64,000 nt of DNA from Bugula neritina. Taxonomy: Eukaryota; Animalia; Bryozoa. Where the stretch lies: NCBI GenBank assembly GCA_964035545.1, contig OZ037772.1:11530818-11594817 (forward strand), read 5' to 3'. Both the position numbers and the translations under genes were made by a program. Shown here piece after piece: positions 54,278 to 64,000 of the stretch. Positions within the stretch are counted from its first letter, which is position 1; each line of letters begins with the position of its first letter. Under the pieces are notes generated by a model. It made no database searches, was not told the DNA's origin, and saw nothing but the letters and a program-made list of their open reading frames with translations.

Positions 54278-56993
54278 GCTGCTACTACTACTACTGCTAC
54301 TGCTACTACTGCTACTGGTACTAATACTACTACTACTACTACTGCTGCTACTACTACTACTGCTACTGCCACTGCCACTACCACTACTACTACTATTATT
54401 ATTACTACTACTGCTGCTGCTACTGCTGCTGCTGCTGCTATCACTACTTATTTACTATTGCTACTGATATTGCTTTTGCTGTTACTTGGATAAAATACTA
54501 TGATATGACAGATTCTCAGTTGCTTTCAGTTTATCTTTATATCTGACAGGCGTGTTTCGGCGCTGGTCTTCTACTTAATGAAGTCCTAAATAAGATACTC
54601 AAAAGAGTTATAGCTGAACCTCGGCCTGTGGCCTCACACCGTCCCAGTAATGCTCTTGGTTACGGGATGCCCTCTGATCACTCGCAATACATGGCATTCT
54701 TTTCCGTCTATGTTACACTATTTCTATGTATTAGGTGAGAATGTAGTATCTAGTCTGTAATACATTTAAATAGTATAATTAAAATAACACAGTTGTTTTA
54801 TGGTGTAGAGATTTATATATAGTGCTTTTGAATTCTTTTTGGAGTTGTCTTTCTAGTAATTTAATAATTTTTGTGTTCAAAAGCCAAAAACAGTAGCATA
54901 TTAGTACTCATTACATTTTGAACTCATTAAAATCTTGCTTTAAGACTCACATACTCTTTACTTGCTTTGTGACTCCATTTGCACTACTTGCTGCAATAAC
55001 CCGTTAGCTTCACTTACTCTATTACTATACTTACTGTACTTTTATATTTACTCTTCTCTATTGACTCTATATTCTACTTACGGTATATTATACTTACTCT
55101 GTATTCTACTTACTCTATATTATACTTACTCTGTATTCTACTTACTCTATATTATACTTACTCTATATTATACTTACTATATTATTATACTTACAGTATA
55201 TTATACTTACTGTATATTCTACTTACTCTATATTATACTTACTATATATTCTACTTACTCTATATTATACTTACTATATATTCTACTTACTCTATATTCT
55301 ACTTTCTCTGTTATTATACTTACTGTATATTATACTTACTATATGGTATACTTACTATATTATTATACTTAGAGTATATTATACTTACTCTATATCATAT
55401 TTACTCTATATTATACTTACTCTATTCTATACACAGTATATTATACTTACTCTACATTATACTTACTGTTCTCTATATTCTACTTTCTCTATATTATACT
55501 TACTATATTCTTTACACACTATATTTTATACACAGTATATTATATTTACTATATGTTATACTTACTATATATTATACTTACTATACGTTATACTTTCTCT
55601 GTATTATACTTACTATATCGCTCTGCTTACTATTTATCTTTCAGGTCACACAGCACTGGTGCTTGTCTAGAAAGAATTTGGAAACTCATTTTAGTAACAG
55701 GAGTTATGCTCTCTGCTGCCGCGTGTTGCTACAGGTATTCCAGCTGCATACATTTACTACCTTTTCATATTCGAGCTAGAAAGTCGGGAGTGCCAATGCT
55801 TATGATATAAAAGCATCTCTAGTTTGTTAGTTCAACATTTCAATAGATACATCTTGATATTTGTATTTGTATTTCAATATATATTTTTATAAATATGTTG
55901 CTTTCTGCTAAATATAAATAAAGTGCTAATGCGTTGCTTTCTGCTAAATATAAATAAAGTGCTAATGCGTTGCTTTGCTGTATCCAGTAGGTACTATCTG
56001 CTCTACCACACCCCAGCACAGATATATTGGGGCATCTTAGTCGGAGTTCTTACTGGCATCTTGTGGTTCTGTATGGTGCATCTAATACTCACCCCCTACT
56101 TCCCTCAGATAACCACATGGTAGGTTCACAGGTTATGTTTCTAATAGCTTAGTGCACTAACTTGATTTTGTCTCGCATAATCTAGATAAAAAATTTTATT
56201 ATTAGCTTTGTATGTTTATCTCAAGATTAAATAACTACTATTGTAAATGAAATAAGTTATTATTCCTTTCTACTATATTGAGTAGCAATCAACTGGAGTT
56301 TCGAAGTTTTACCATTGCATTGGAATTTAATCACTTTACATGAGAGTATTTTTGAGCAAATTCTAACCTAACCACGTTTATTCATCTCACTAAAGCCCAC
56401 AAGAGAGTGTGATAATCATGCATGTTTATTACTGCACTGAAGTTAAAGCTATAGATATATAATACATAAAATAACGTAAGACAGGTAATATTTTTTCAGG
56501 GCGGAGTTAATCAAACACGTCTCTCAATAGGTTAACAAACTATCCAATCAGATGAGAGCATTACGAGCTGCAACATCCTGGCTGCTCTGTGGTCTCTTTG
56601 CTGTTAATTTCTAGCCTCGGGTTTTGTAGGAAAGTTAGTGAATTCCTGATGATAAGAGACTACACTCTGATACCCAATACTCTCTGGTTTGAGTACTGCC
56701 ATGCTAGAGCTGAGGCTAGGTGTGTGAACTCTAGCTATTTATTTGTTACTTTACTTTGTATTAGAAGCTGTTTAAAGAATTCTGTACTGTATATTTGATA
56801 TGAATAATTTCTTCTTTTTGTGCCGTAAACTTAAGGTGAAGCTGTTTTCAAAATGTGACCAGCTTTATAAATATCTTATATACATGTCCTGTAGTAGCTA
56901 CACATTCTATGCCCAGCATTTGCTTCTACTTTACTAAAGTGTTTTGTATCTTCTAGGTCAAGGTTGAGAAAGCAGAAGTCTAGAGCTCAATGA
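53272..56993 (+). CDS. DOLPP1: Dolichyldiphosphatase 1 (PAP2 family), 7 coding exons
   Basis: Exons 53272-53332, 54039-54139, 54550-54734, 55645-55734, 55988-56119, 56630-56719, 56957-56993 (TGA). Motifs [21 protein letters not shown]2 C1 [10 protein letters not shown]2 GMPSDHSQ, C3 [12 protein letters not shown], and [21 protein letters not shown]. Confidence 0.95.
53717..53934. repeat. 30-bp minisatellite, ~7 copies, with internal palindromes
   Basis: Unit ggtgctctgtactgcagacatgtctagaca in DOLPP1 intron 1, with no spacers. Confidence 0.95.
54214..54445. repeat. (CTA/CTG)n trinucleotide repeat
   Basis: Long interrupted triplet run in DOLPP1 intron 2. Confidence 0.95.
55010..55635. repeat. 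16-bp minisatellite (tatattatacttactc)
   Basis: >30 degenerate copies running up to the acceptor at 55644. Confidence 0.92.
55897..55980. repeat. ~36-bp tandem duplication abutting a DOLPP1 acceptor
   Basis: gttgctttctgctaaatataaataaagtgctaatgc x2 plus a partial copy. Confidence 0.85.
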
Positions 56994-57159
56994 GAACTGT
57001 GTTTAGAGGTCAAAGATCTGCTGTACATTAAAACATAGTCTACTGGTTGCAATATTAGGTCCCTGATTTGATGCTGTTTATAGTAACTTGTGTATAAACT
57101 GTCCAGAACTGTGCCTGCCTCTATATACTGTTAATTTATGTGACTCTATCTATTATATA

Positions 57160-57428
57160 ATATGCAGTACATTGTATGTAGTGTACACAGTGTGTATATA
57201 GTATGTACGCTGTGTATGTAGTGTACACAGTGTGTATATAGTATGTACATTGTGTGTATACTACATACAATATGTATATACTACAGTATGTAGTATAGAC
57301 GCAGTGTATGTAATACATACAATCTGTATATAGTGTATATACTGTGTATTTAGTATATACATATTGTATGTAGTATAATATACTACATATTTGTGTAGTA
57401 TATATATACTGTATGTACTATATACATG
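57160..57428. repeat. Degenerate GTAT/GTGT-rich tandem repeat 3' of DOLPP1
   Basis: gtatgtagtgtacacagtgtgtatata-like units. Confidence 0.8.
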
Positions 57429-59871
57429 TATCTTTTGTGGCTTAAAAAAACCCTTTACCTTTATTTCGTAGCTTATTGCTGTTAGCTGGCTTTATTAAGA
57501 AATATTTACTGTCTGTCGATATAGAATTTGTATTCAGTTTTGAATGTTGATACGCCTTAATTATATCATATGTTTTGTGTACTCTTTCATGGTTATAGCT
57601 ATGTTTGTAACAATGTACTTAATTATTGACTCAGTGTCACGAGCCAATCAAATGCTCAGAATTCAGGTCTGCTGACCTAAATATATTTTATCCAATTACC
57701 TTATGTTTTTGCTAATGTATAGAATAGATAGTTGTATATTTTGAGTCAGTTTTTCATTGTAAGCTCTACTTTCTAATAAACTGAAGCAGCCCAACTTCAT
57801 ATAATATTCTATACAAGCTCTTTAGAACTAAAGAATAACATAAGTAAAACAGTAGTGTTTTAATTTCATATTTAAATTTGTGTTCCCTATCTATCTTCCA
57901 TATGATATAATTGTTTAACATGCAAAGCACAATATTCTTTCAAAGGCACTAAACTTTGATATGTGTTCTTTATTTATTTCAAGTAAAATATTTCAAGCTT
58001 TAGAAAACTTTTGCAATAGAGCCTTAAACTTTATTTTTGAATAGTCTGGGATTCTAGCCATAGCTATAGTAGTTCTCAGCCTTGATAATTCTAACATGTA
58101 TAGCACTGCTCTTTGGACTGGTTAGTTTAGTGGCACTGGCTAATCATTAACAAAAAAGTGAAAAGTCGGCACTCAAAGAGTTTCAAAAAGTTTGTAGTAA
58201 TTACCATTTCAGGGTACTTTAGAATTTGTGGCAATAAATGTTATAATAGTTTTGCTGTTGAATGAACTCAAATACCCTACATATAATAGAACCTACATGA
58301 ACTTTTTGTGAACTAGTGAACATTTTGAAGTTTTTAAGGTTTTCAGCAAGCCAAGTTACAGGTTTTAACATAGCGTAGTTAATGAAACGTCTAGATTAAA
58401 CAGTTGATAACTTTTATTCCAACACAAAATACATATCGAATGTATATTATGCAGCTTCAGGTAAAACAATTGTGTACCTGGAGGGCATTTAATGGTTTCT
58501 ATTTAGATTTCCATAACAGAAATAAGTCACGTCAACAGTATATTGAAAAGTCTTCAATTGATTTTCTCATAGCTATTGTTCACATATGCATAACAATGTA
58601 TTGTAAACATCATTGCTAGTCAAAGTTTATGCTTAAGAAATTTTGTTACTTTCAAGGTGTACTCAATAAACCAATTTATTAGAAATCTTAACTGCGTGTA
58701 TTGTTCACTTTTCTTTTGAATAATTTTAGTATGCAAAAGTTTCTATACACTACAACAAAGCATAGTACTTCTTGCAGCTGCAATTCTAATCATTTAATGG
58801 TTTGAAGCTCTGTTAACATATTCTAATGAAACAGCCACACCACATATTATAAAGAACTGGAATATTACAACAGGACAGGAGCAAAGATTTGCATGGAACT
58901 ATTAGTGTAGTAAGCTATCTTTAAAATTCACTAAAATACTTTTTATTATACTTATGTGAGCAGTTTCTCAAGCAATAGTATCTTCTAGTGGTTGATGCAT
59001 TTACCTATATGCATGACAAAAAGGCTTGGTTATGTTAAATAGTACACCTTCATGATTGCTATTGTACCAAATAAAAACAGTCAAATTGTGTTACTAGTGT
59101 GGCGAGAAACACTGTATACTATGTGTTATTAGTATGAAGAAGGCCACTGTCTATGTATAGCTTATGTTACTATATTAAAGGGGAGGGCATAGTTTACAAA
59201 CTATTTTACTAATATTATTATGAAAGGAGCAACAGTCTATTATAGCCCATTTATAAACTTGAAAACTTAGCAACACATTTTTTTCAAAAAGAATCTGACT
59301 TCAAACAAGTTAACATCAGTGAATTGCTTGTGATTAGTTTTTGAAAATCTTATATTGCTACTGCTAAAATAATTATAATTAGCACAAATGCCTCCCATGC
59401 AGCACAAGCAGTATGGACTAAATGTGATATGTTTAAAGTTATCACATAGCATAATTATTTCAAAGTTGTAAAAGCAGCATAACGTAATGAATATCTAACG
59501 GTTTATTAAGCATTCAGCATTGCGTCTAGCGTAACGTTCCATTCAAATAGATTATCACATCACGTAATTCTCGCCTATATACGCAACGCAACGACTGCAA
59601 TAGTTGTCAATTCATTAATTAGATAACTGCACGCCTTCGCCCATTGGCTGTGGCTTTACGCTTAGGCAGCCCGGATGTTTGAGTGCAGACGTTGACCCTA
59701 CAGTTAGTAGAATAGTAGCGCTAGCGATGCAAGCTTATCACATCAATAACATCAATTTTAAATGATATAATTAATAAAATACAAGTGAATTTAAATTGGA
59801 ATTAACTTAAAGAGACACAGGTTAGTTTTGTCCTTCAGTATTTGTAATAATTTGACGCTTTCCTTAAGTAT

Positions 59872-60143
59872 TGTAGTAAGGACGTAATGCGCGCGTCCCC
59901 CGTATTCCTTCAGCCTATCCAAGTGCGTCACGTGATAGGCCTCAGTTAGTAGTAGTTTTGCAGTAGAGAGAGCGTGCTAACTAAGCGAAGATGTAATCTC
60001 TAATCGGTGTACGTGATGTATCTTTTATATAATTAGTAGTAAATAAACTTGGAAGCTTTTACCTAAATACTTTATTGGTGTGAATAAATAGACATAATTA
60101 CAAAGCTAGGAACCCACGCATAGTAGTTACATAACTTACTACA
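59872..60143 (+). repeat. 5' LTR (272 bp)
   Basis: Starts TGTAGTAAG and ends CTTACTACA (9-bp terminal inverted repeat). Contains AATAAA and is directly followed by the PBS. The matching 3' LTR is outside the window. Confidence 0.88.
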
Positions 60144-60144
60144 G

Positions 60145-60162
60145 TGGTGGCAGCGGTGGGAT
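60145..60162 (+). other. Primer binding site complementary to the tRNA-Leu 3' end
   Basis: TGGTGGCAGCGGTGGGAT is the reverse complement of ATCCCACCGCTGCCACCA (metazoan tRNA-Leu 3' end plus CCA), 1 nt after the LTR. Confidence 0.85.
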
Positions 60163-60204
60163 TTCTAGCTACTGTATGAGAACAATGAGAAGTATTAGAA
60201 CATC

Positions 60205-63200
60205 ATGGACGAGGGAGTAACTTCAATGGAAGGAGGTGAGCAGAACATTATTATAGGCCCTCTCGGAGCTAGAGAGGAGGTATATAGGAACACGTTGGAG
60301 GTTCCCGTGTTCACAGGCCGCGAGGATATTGAACAATTCGTCCAAGAATTCCGTGAAACTGCCGCCATTGCAAGATGGCCGCCAAGAGTAACCCGTACAA
60401 AACTGCGGATGGCACTGACGGGAGAAGCCAAGCCGTACGGGTGGAAGCCTAGCATAAACGGGATCATTGCTACACTACGGGCCCGTTTTGGCATGCCCGT
60501 TGCCGTCGCCAAGTCCAGACTGCGAGGATTACTCCGCAAGACATGTACACCGCTTTCTGACCACGCCACTCTGGTGCAGAGACTGGCACGGACCGCGTAT
60601 AGCGATCTGCCAGAAACACACAGACGGCACTACACATTCGAAGCCTTTGTACAGTCTCTCAATTCTTTGGACTTCCACCACCAGTTACAAGCCAAGGGAG
60701 TGACCACAATTGAGGCTGCAATCCAAGAGAACAAGGCCTACGCTGGAGCCGAACGACCCTATAAGACGGAGGAGGCCACGCCCCAGCCCTCTAGGGAACC
60801 AGACCATCCGGTCCGCATAGCTGCCGCGACCACTAAAACCCCCATAGAGATGGAGATAAGCCGCTTGATGACTAGACTGGGACAATTGGTGGCGACGATA
60901 ACATACAACCACTCAAGGAAGAGTAAGGAGACGGCAGCAAAACCCCCCAGACCTATGATGCGACGCTGGGAAAGCGGCAATCAGGGACACCGCCACCTGA
61001 GCGGCCCACGATTCAAACGGCAGCAGAAACCACAACCTCCCCGGAGACCCCCAGAGCTCCGCGGACACACACAGAGAGAAAAACGGGGTGGGTGTCGTCA
61101 GGAGCCCGTACGGGCCCAGCGACACACCCCCCGTCAATGGCAAACACCTCGCCGTACCAGCCAACCAGGTCGACCACGAGACCCCTTCTCTCTGCCTCTC
61201 ACCAACCGCTTCAGTCCGTTACCAGTAATGGAACAGACCAGCGAGGCCCCTCAGGGCATCGGGGAGGATCAGAACACCTCCCCGCAAGGAAACTCTCACC
61301 GGCCCCGCAAACCGCGGAACAAACGGGCACAGCCCCGTTCGGCCGAGACCGAGCACGCTGGGGGAATACGGGTACAACCTCACGGAGGCAGCTACTTCTT
61401 GCCAGGGAAGGTGGCCGGTAAAGCTGTCACCTTCCTGTTAGACTCCGGGTGTACCACTAATATCCTCAGCCGTCGGGTCTTCGACACCCTCCCTCTCAAG
61501 GAGAGGGGAGCCTTAGCTCCCTATACCGGGGAACCGGGCACCCTAGCTGACGGGTCACGGATTCCTTTCTACGGCATCATAGAATTGGCTGGGCGCGTCC
61601 GCGACCAAGCCATTCAGGAAACCTTCGTCATCAGCCCACTGGAGGAAGATGCCATACTAGGGATGCCGTTCTTGAAGAGACACGGGTGCCATATTGACTT
61701 TAGCAAGTCAGCCATGCTAATGGGCGGCAAAGAGCTCACCTGTGTCGACAAGTTCGGTCGTCCTCTAGCGGGAGGTGTGCAGGTAGTACGCAACTGTACT
61801 ATACCCGGCCGCTCCCGGGCTACCGTTCACTGCAGAGTGAACAATAGCCAACTCTCGGGGCTAGGGGTTGTCGAAGGTGCGCACTCTAGAATCCAACTCG
61901 CCAGCAGTCTTAACCGGCTGACTGACCGAGGAGAGATCTTGGTGCAGTGTGTCAACCCCTTCTCCGAAGCGGTACAATTACCGTCAGGATCCATGCTGGG
62001 TCGCTTCCACTCCATCCAGGAGGAGGATATAGGGCCGTCGCTGGGAGCTGCGACGGAAGGTCCCCAACAAAGCCCGTCAGTTAGGCGGGGGACCGTCCCA
62101 TCACACGTCAAAGAGCTATACCAGGCAGCGTGTAACGGCTGCAAGGGCAACGTGGAACGCCAGACTATGGCTCAGTTACTACGTGATTATAGCGACGTGT
62201 TCAGCAGTGGGGACCATGACGTCGGCCTGACCACGGCCGTCCGTCATGAGATACCGCTGGCTGCAGGGACTACCCCTATTCGGCAGCCCACCAGGAGGCT
62301 GGGACCCGAGAAGGAAAAGGAGGTAAGCCAACAAGTCCGGGATCTTTTGGACCGCGGCCTCATCGAGCCAGCGCATAGCGCATGGAGTTCACCGGTCGTT
62401 CTGGTTCGAAAGAAAGACGGCAGTTGGCGGTTCTGTGTGGATTATCGCAAGCTCAATAGCGTGACCATACAGGACGCCTACCCCTTACCCAGGATCGACG
62501 AATCTCTGGACGCCTTAGCCGGCAGCAAGTACTTCAGCACGCTAGACTTGTTGAGCGGCTATTGGCAGGTCCCCCTCAGCCCAGACGCCCAGGAGAAGGC
62601 GGCGTTCATCACGCGGGACGGCTTATGGAAGTGGAAAGTCCTCCCCTTCGGACTGACTTCCGCCCCCGCCACGTTCCAGCGGCTCATGGAACAGGTCCTC
62701 AGTGGACTCCACTGGAAGACACTGCTAGTATACCTCGACGACGTCATCGTGATCTCCCCAGACTTTCAGACGCACGTCAGCCGTCTGCGGGAGGTCTTCG
62801 ATCGACTCCGAGGCGCCAATCTGAAGCTCAAACCCTCCAAGTGCGCTCTCTTGCAGCCAGAGGTGAAGTACCTGGGGCACATCGTCGGCCGCCACGGCGT
62901 GGCGACGGATCCCGAAAAGGTACGAGCTATAGAAGATTGGGTAACCCCCCAGGATTTGACCGGGCTACGGGCTTTCCTGGGGCTGGTAGGGTATTACAGG
63001 CAATACATACCAGACTTTGCGGGGGTAGCGCAGCCGTTAAACCGGCTCACCGCAAAGGGGGTGACCTGGCAGTGGACTCCCGTCGAACAGAGAGCGTTCG
63101 ACTGCCTCAAAGGCCGCCTGCTGGAGGCCCCTATCCTGGCCTACCCAGACCCTGCCCTGGAGTACATCCTCGATACTGACGCCAGTGACCAAAATGTCGG

Positions 63201-64000
63201 CGCTGTGCTGTCCCAGGTGCAGGAGGGCCGCGAAGTAGTCGTGGCCTACTACAGTAAGTCTCTCTCGCCCACTGAACGAAATTACTGCACTACCCGAAAG
63301 GAATTGCTGGCAGTAATCAAGTCAGTGAAGCATTTCAGACCTTATCTATACGGCAGGAAGTTCCGCTTGCGGACCGACCACGCCTCCTTGATTTGGTTAT
63401 GTAAGAGAGCAGAACCGTCCAGCCAAGTCGCCCGATGGCTCGAGGTCCTAGCTGAGTTCTCTTACCGGATCGAGCACCGACCCGGTAAGAAACACGGCAA
63501 TGCTGATGGACTGAGCCGGCGACCGGACGAGGGGTGTAAACAGTGCCTCAACATCGAGAAGAGGGACGGAGGTCCTCCAAAATCCGAGTTGAGAGCACTG
63601 AACCACTCTGAAACAGAGTATGACTGGGACCAGGGTCAACTCCTACAGAAGGCCGCTACGCCCCCGGAGGCTATCCAACGCCTCCGTGCCAATCCTGTCT
63701 TGGCTGATAACGTTAGGGAGCTACGAAGACTCCAGGAGGACCTCCCTGGAGTGGTAGCCGACGTATATCGTGCCAAAAAGGAGGGGCGACGACCCAGTGA
63801 AGAACAACTGCGGCAGGGATGCACCGAGTTACGGTCGTACTGCCAACGTTGGGACTCCCTGCGGATCGGGCCAGATGGTCTGCTGACCATCTCAGTGGCT
63901 GCTCACAACAACCAGTACGGCAGGAAGAGGGTGATCTGCCCAGCCGCCATACGCCGGGAGTTAGTATGGGACACCCACAAGCAAGCCCACGCCGGGGCGA
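60205..64000 (+). CDS. Single-frame Gag-Pol polyprotein (>1265 aa, open at the 3' end)
   Basis: No stop from ATG 60205 to the window end, which explains its absence from the ORF track. Gag PVFTGREDIEQF; protease LLDSGC (61435-61452); RT WRFCVDYRKLN, LPFGL, YLDD (62731-62742); RNase H LDTDAS, NYCTTRKELLAV, TDH, NADGLSR; integrase Zn-finger start THKQAH. Confidence 0.95.
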   Translation, partial: MDEGVTSMEGGEQNIIIGPLGAREEVYRNTLEVPVFTGREDIEQFVQEFRETAAIARWPPRVTRTKLRMALTGEAKPYGWKPSINGIIATLRARFGMPVAVAKSRLRGLLRKTCTPLSDHATLVQRLARTAYSDLPETHRRHYTFEAFVQSLNSLDFHHQLQAKGVTTIEAAIQENKAYAGAERPYKTEEATPQPSREPDHPVRIAAATTKTPIEMEISRLMTRLGQLVATITYNHSRKSKETAAKPPRPMMRRWESGNQGHRHLSGPRFKRQQKPQPPRRPPELRGHTQREKRGGCRQEPVRAQRHTPRQWQTPRRTSQPGRPRDPFSLPLTNRFSPLPVMEQTSEAPQGIGEDQNTSPQGNSHRPRKPRNKRAQPRSAETEHAGGIRVQPHGGSYFLPGKVAGKAVTFLLDSGCTTNILSRRVFDTLPLKERGALAPYTGEPGTLADGSRIPFYGIIELAGRVRDQAIQETFVISPLEEDAILGMPFLKRHGCHIDFSKSAMLMGGKELTCVDKFGRPLAGGVQVVRNCTIPGRSRATVHCRVNNSQLSGLGVVEGAHSRIQLASSLNRLTDRGEILVQCVNPFSEAVQLPSGSMLGRFHSIQEEDIGPSLGAATEGPQQSPSVRRGTVPSHVKELYQAACNGCKGNVERQTMAQLLRDYSDVFSSGDHDVGLTTAVRHEIPLAAGTTPIRQPTRRLGPEKEKEVSQQVRDLLDRGLIEPAHSAWSSPVVLVRKKDGSWRFCVDYRKLNSVTIQDAYPLPRIDESLDALAGSKYFSTLDLLSGYWQVPLSPDAQEKAAFITRDGLWKWKVLPFGLTSAPATFQRLMEQVLSGLHWKTLLVYLDDVIVISPDFQTHVSRLREVFDRLRGANLKLKPSKCALLQPEVKYLGHIVGRHGVATDPEKVRAIEDWVTPQDLTGLRAFLGLVGYYRQYIPDFAGVAQPLNRLTAKGVTWQWTPVEQRAFDCLKGRLLEAPILAYPDPALEYILDTDASDQNVGAVLSQVQEGREVVVAYYSKSLSPTERNYCTTRKELLAVIKSVKHFRPYLYGRKFRLRTDHASLIWLCKRAEPSSQVARWLEVLAEFSYRIEHRPGKKHGNADGLSRRPDEGCKQCLNIEKRDGGPPKSELRALNHSETEYDWDQGQLLQKAATPPEAIQRLRANPVLADNVRELRRLQEDLPGVVADVYRAKKEGRRPSEEQLRQGCTELRSYCQRWDSLRIGPDGLLTISVAAHNNQYGRKRVICPAAIRRELVWDTHKQAHAGA

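Larger units (their letters stand above)
59872..64000 (+). mobile_element. Ty3/Gypsy LTR retrotransposon (5' part, truncated by the window end)
   Basis: 5' LTR, PBS, and gag-PR-RT-RH-(INT start) domain order, with a sharp rise in GC content relative to the host. Confidence 0.97.

Noticed and set aside
53645-55372. Repetitive ORFs in the track ([10 protein letters not shown].., poly-T/L/V, YTY-rich)
   Set aside because: They are translations of intronic minisatellites and triplet repeats within DOLPP1.
57430-59500. Genes or RNA genes in the AT-rich stretch after DOLPP1
   Set aside because: Only short random ORFs are present, with no exon chain, tRNA or rRNA signature that I could recognise.
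61286-61293. GGAAAC as a -1 frameshift site between gag and pol
   Set aside because: The heptamer is A GGA AAC rather than G GGA AAC, and gag and pol are already in one frame.
60195-63890. Short alternative-frame and antisense ORFs within the Gypsy element
   Set aside because: These are expected shadows of a GC-rich long ORF and show no recognisable motifs.

Overview
AT-rich, intron-rich invertebrate animal genomic DNA; the species cannot be determined from sequence alone. Gene order: (1) first exon of a Ser-rich protein with a possible taperin/phostensin-like N-terminal motif (- strand, continues out of the window), head-to-head with (2) an 8-exon CCDC105/TEKTL1 tektin-like gene preceded by an X-box-like motif; (3) a 6-exon Rab14; (4) a ~30 kb MICAL gene on the - strand (monooxygenase-CH-LIM-bMERB) with several candidate microexons, one apparently non-canonical intron, possible alternative terminal exons, a 5.3 kb TTAA-flanked Kolobok DNA transposon and a probable MITE in its introns; (5) a 7-exon DOLPP1, head-to-head with MICAL; (6) the 5' LTR, tRNA-Leu primer binding site and an uninterrupted gag-pol ORF of a Ty3/Gypsy element that runs off the window end and is absent from the ORF track. 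Many introns carry minisatellites, several with units that contain the exon end plus the splice donor. All gene models were built by hand from GT-AG sites, reading phase and recalled family motifs, without database searches.
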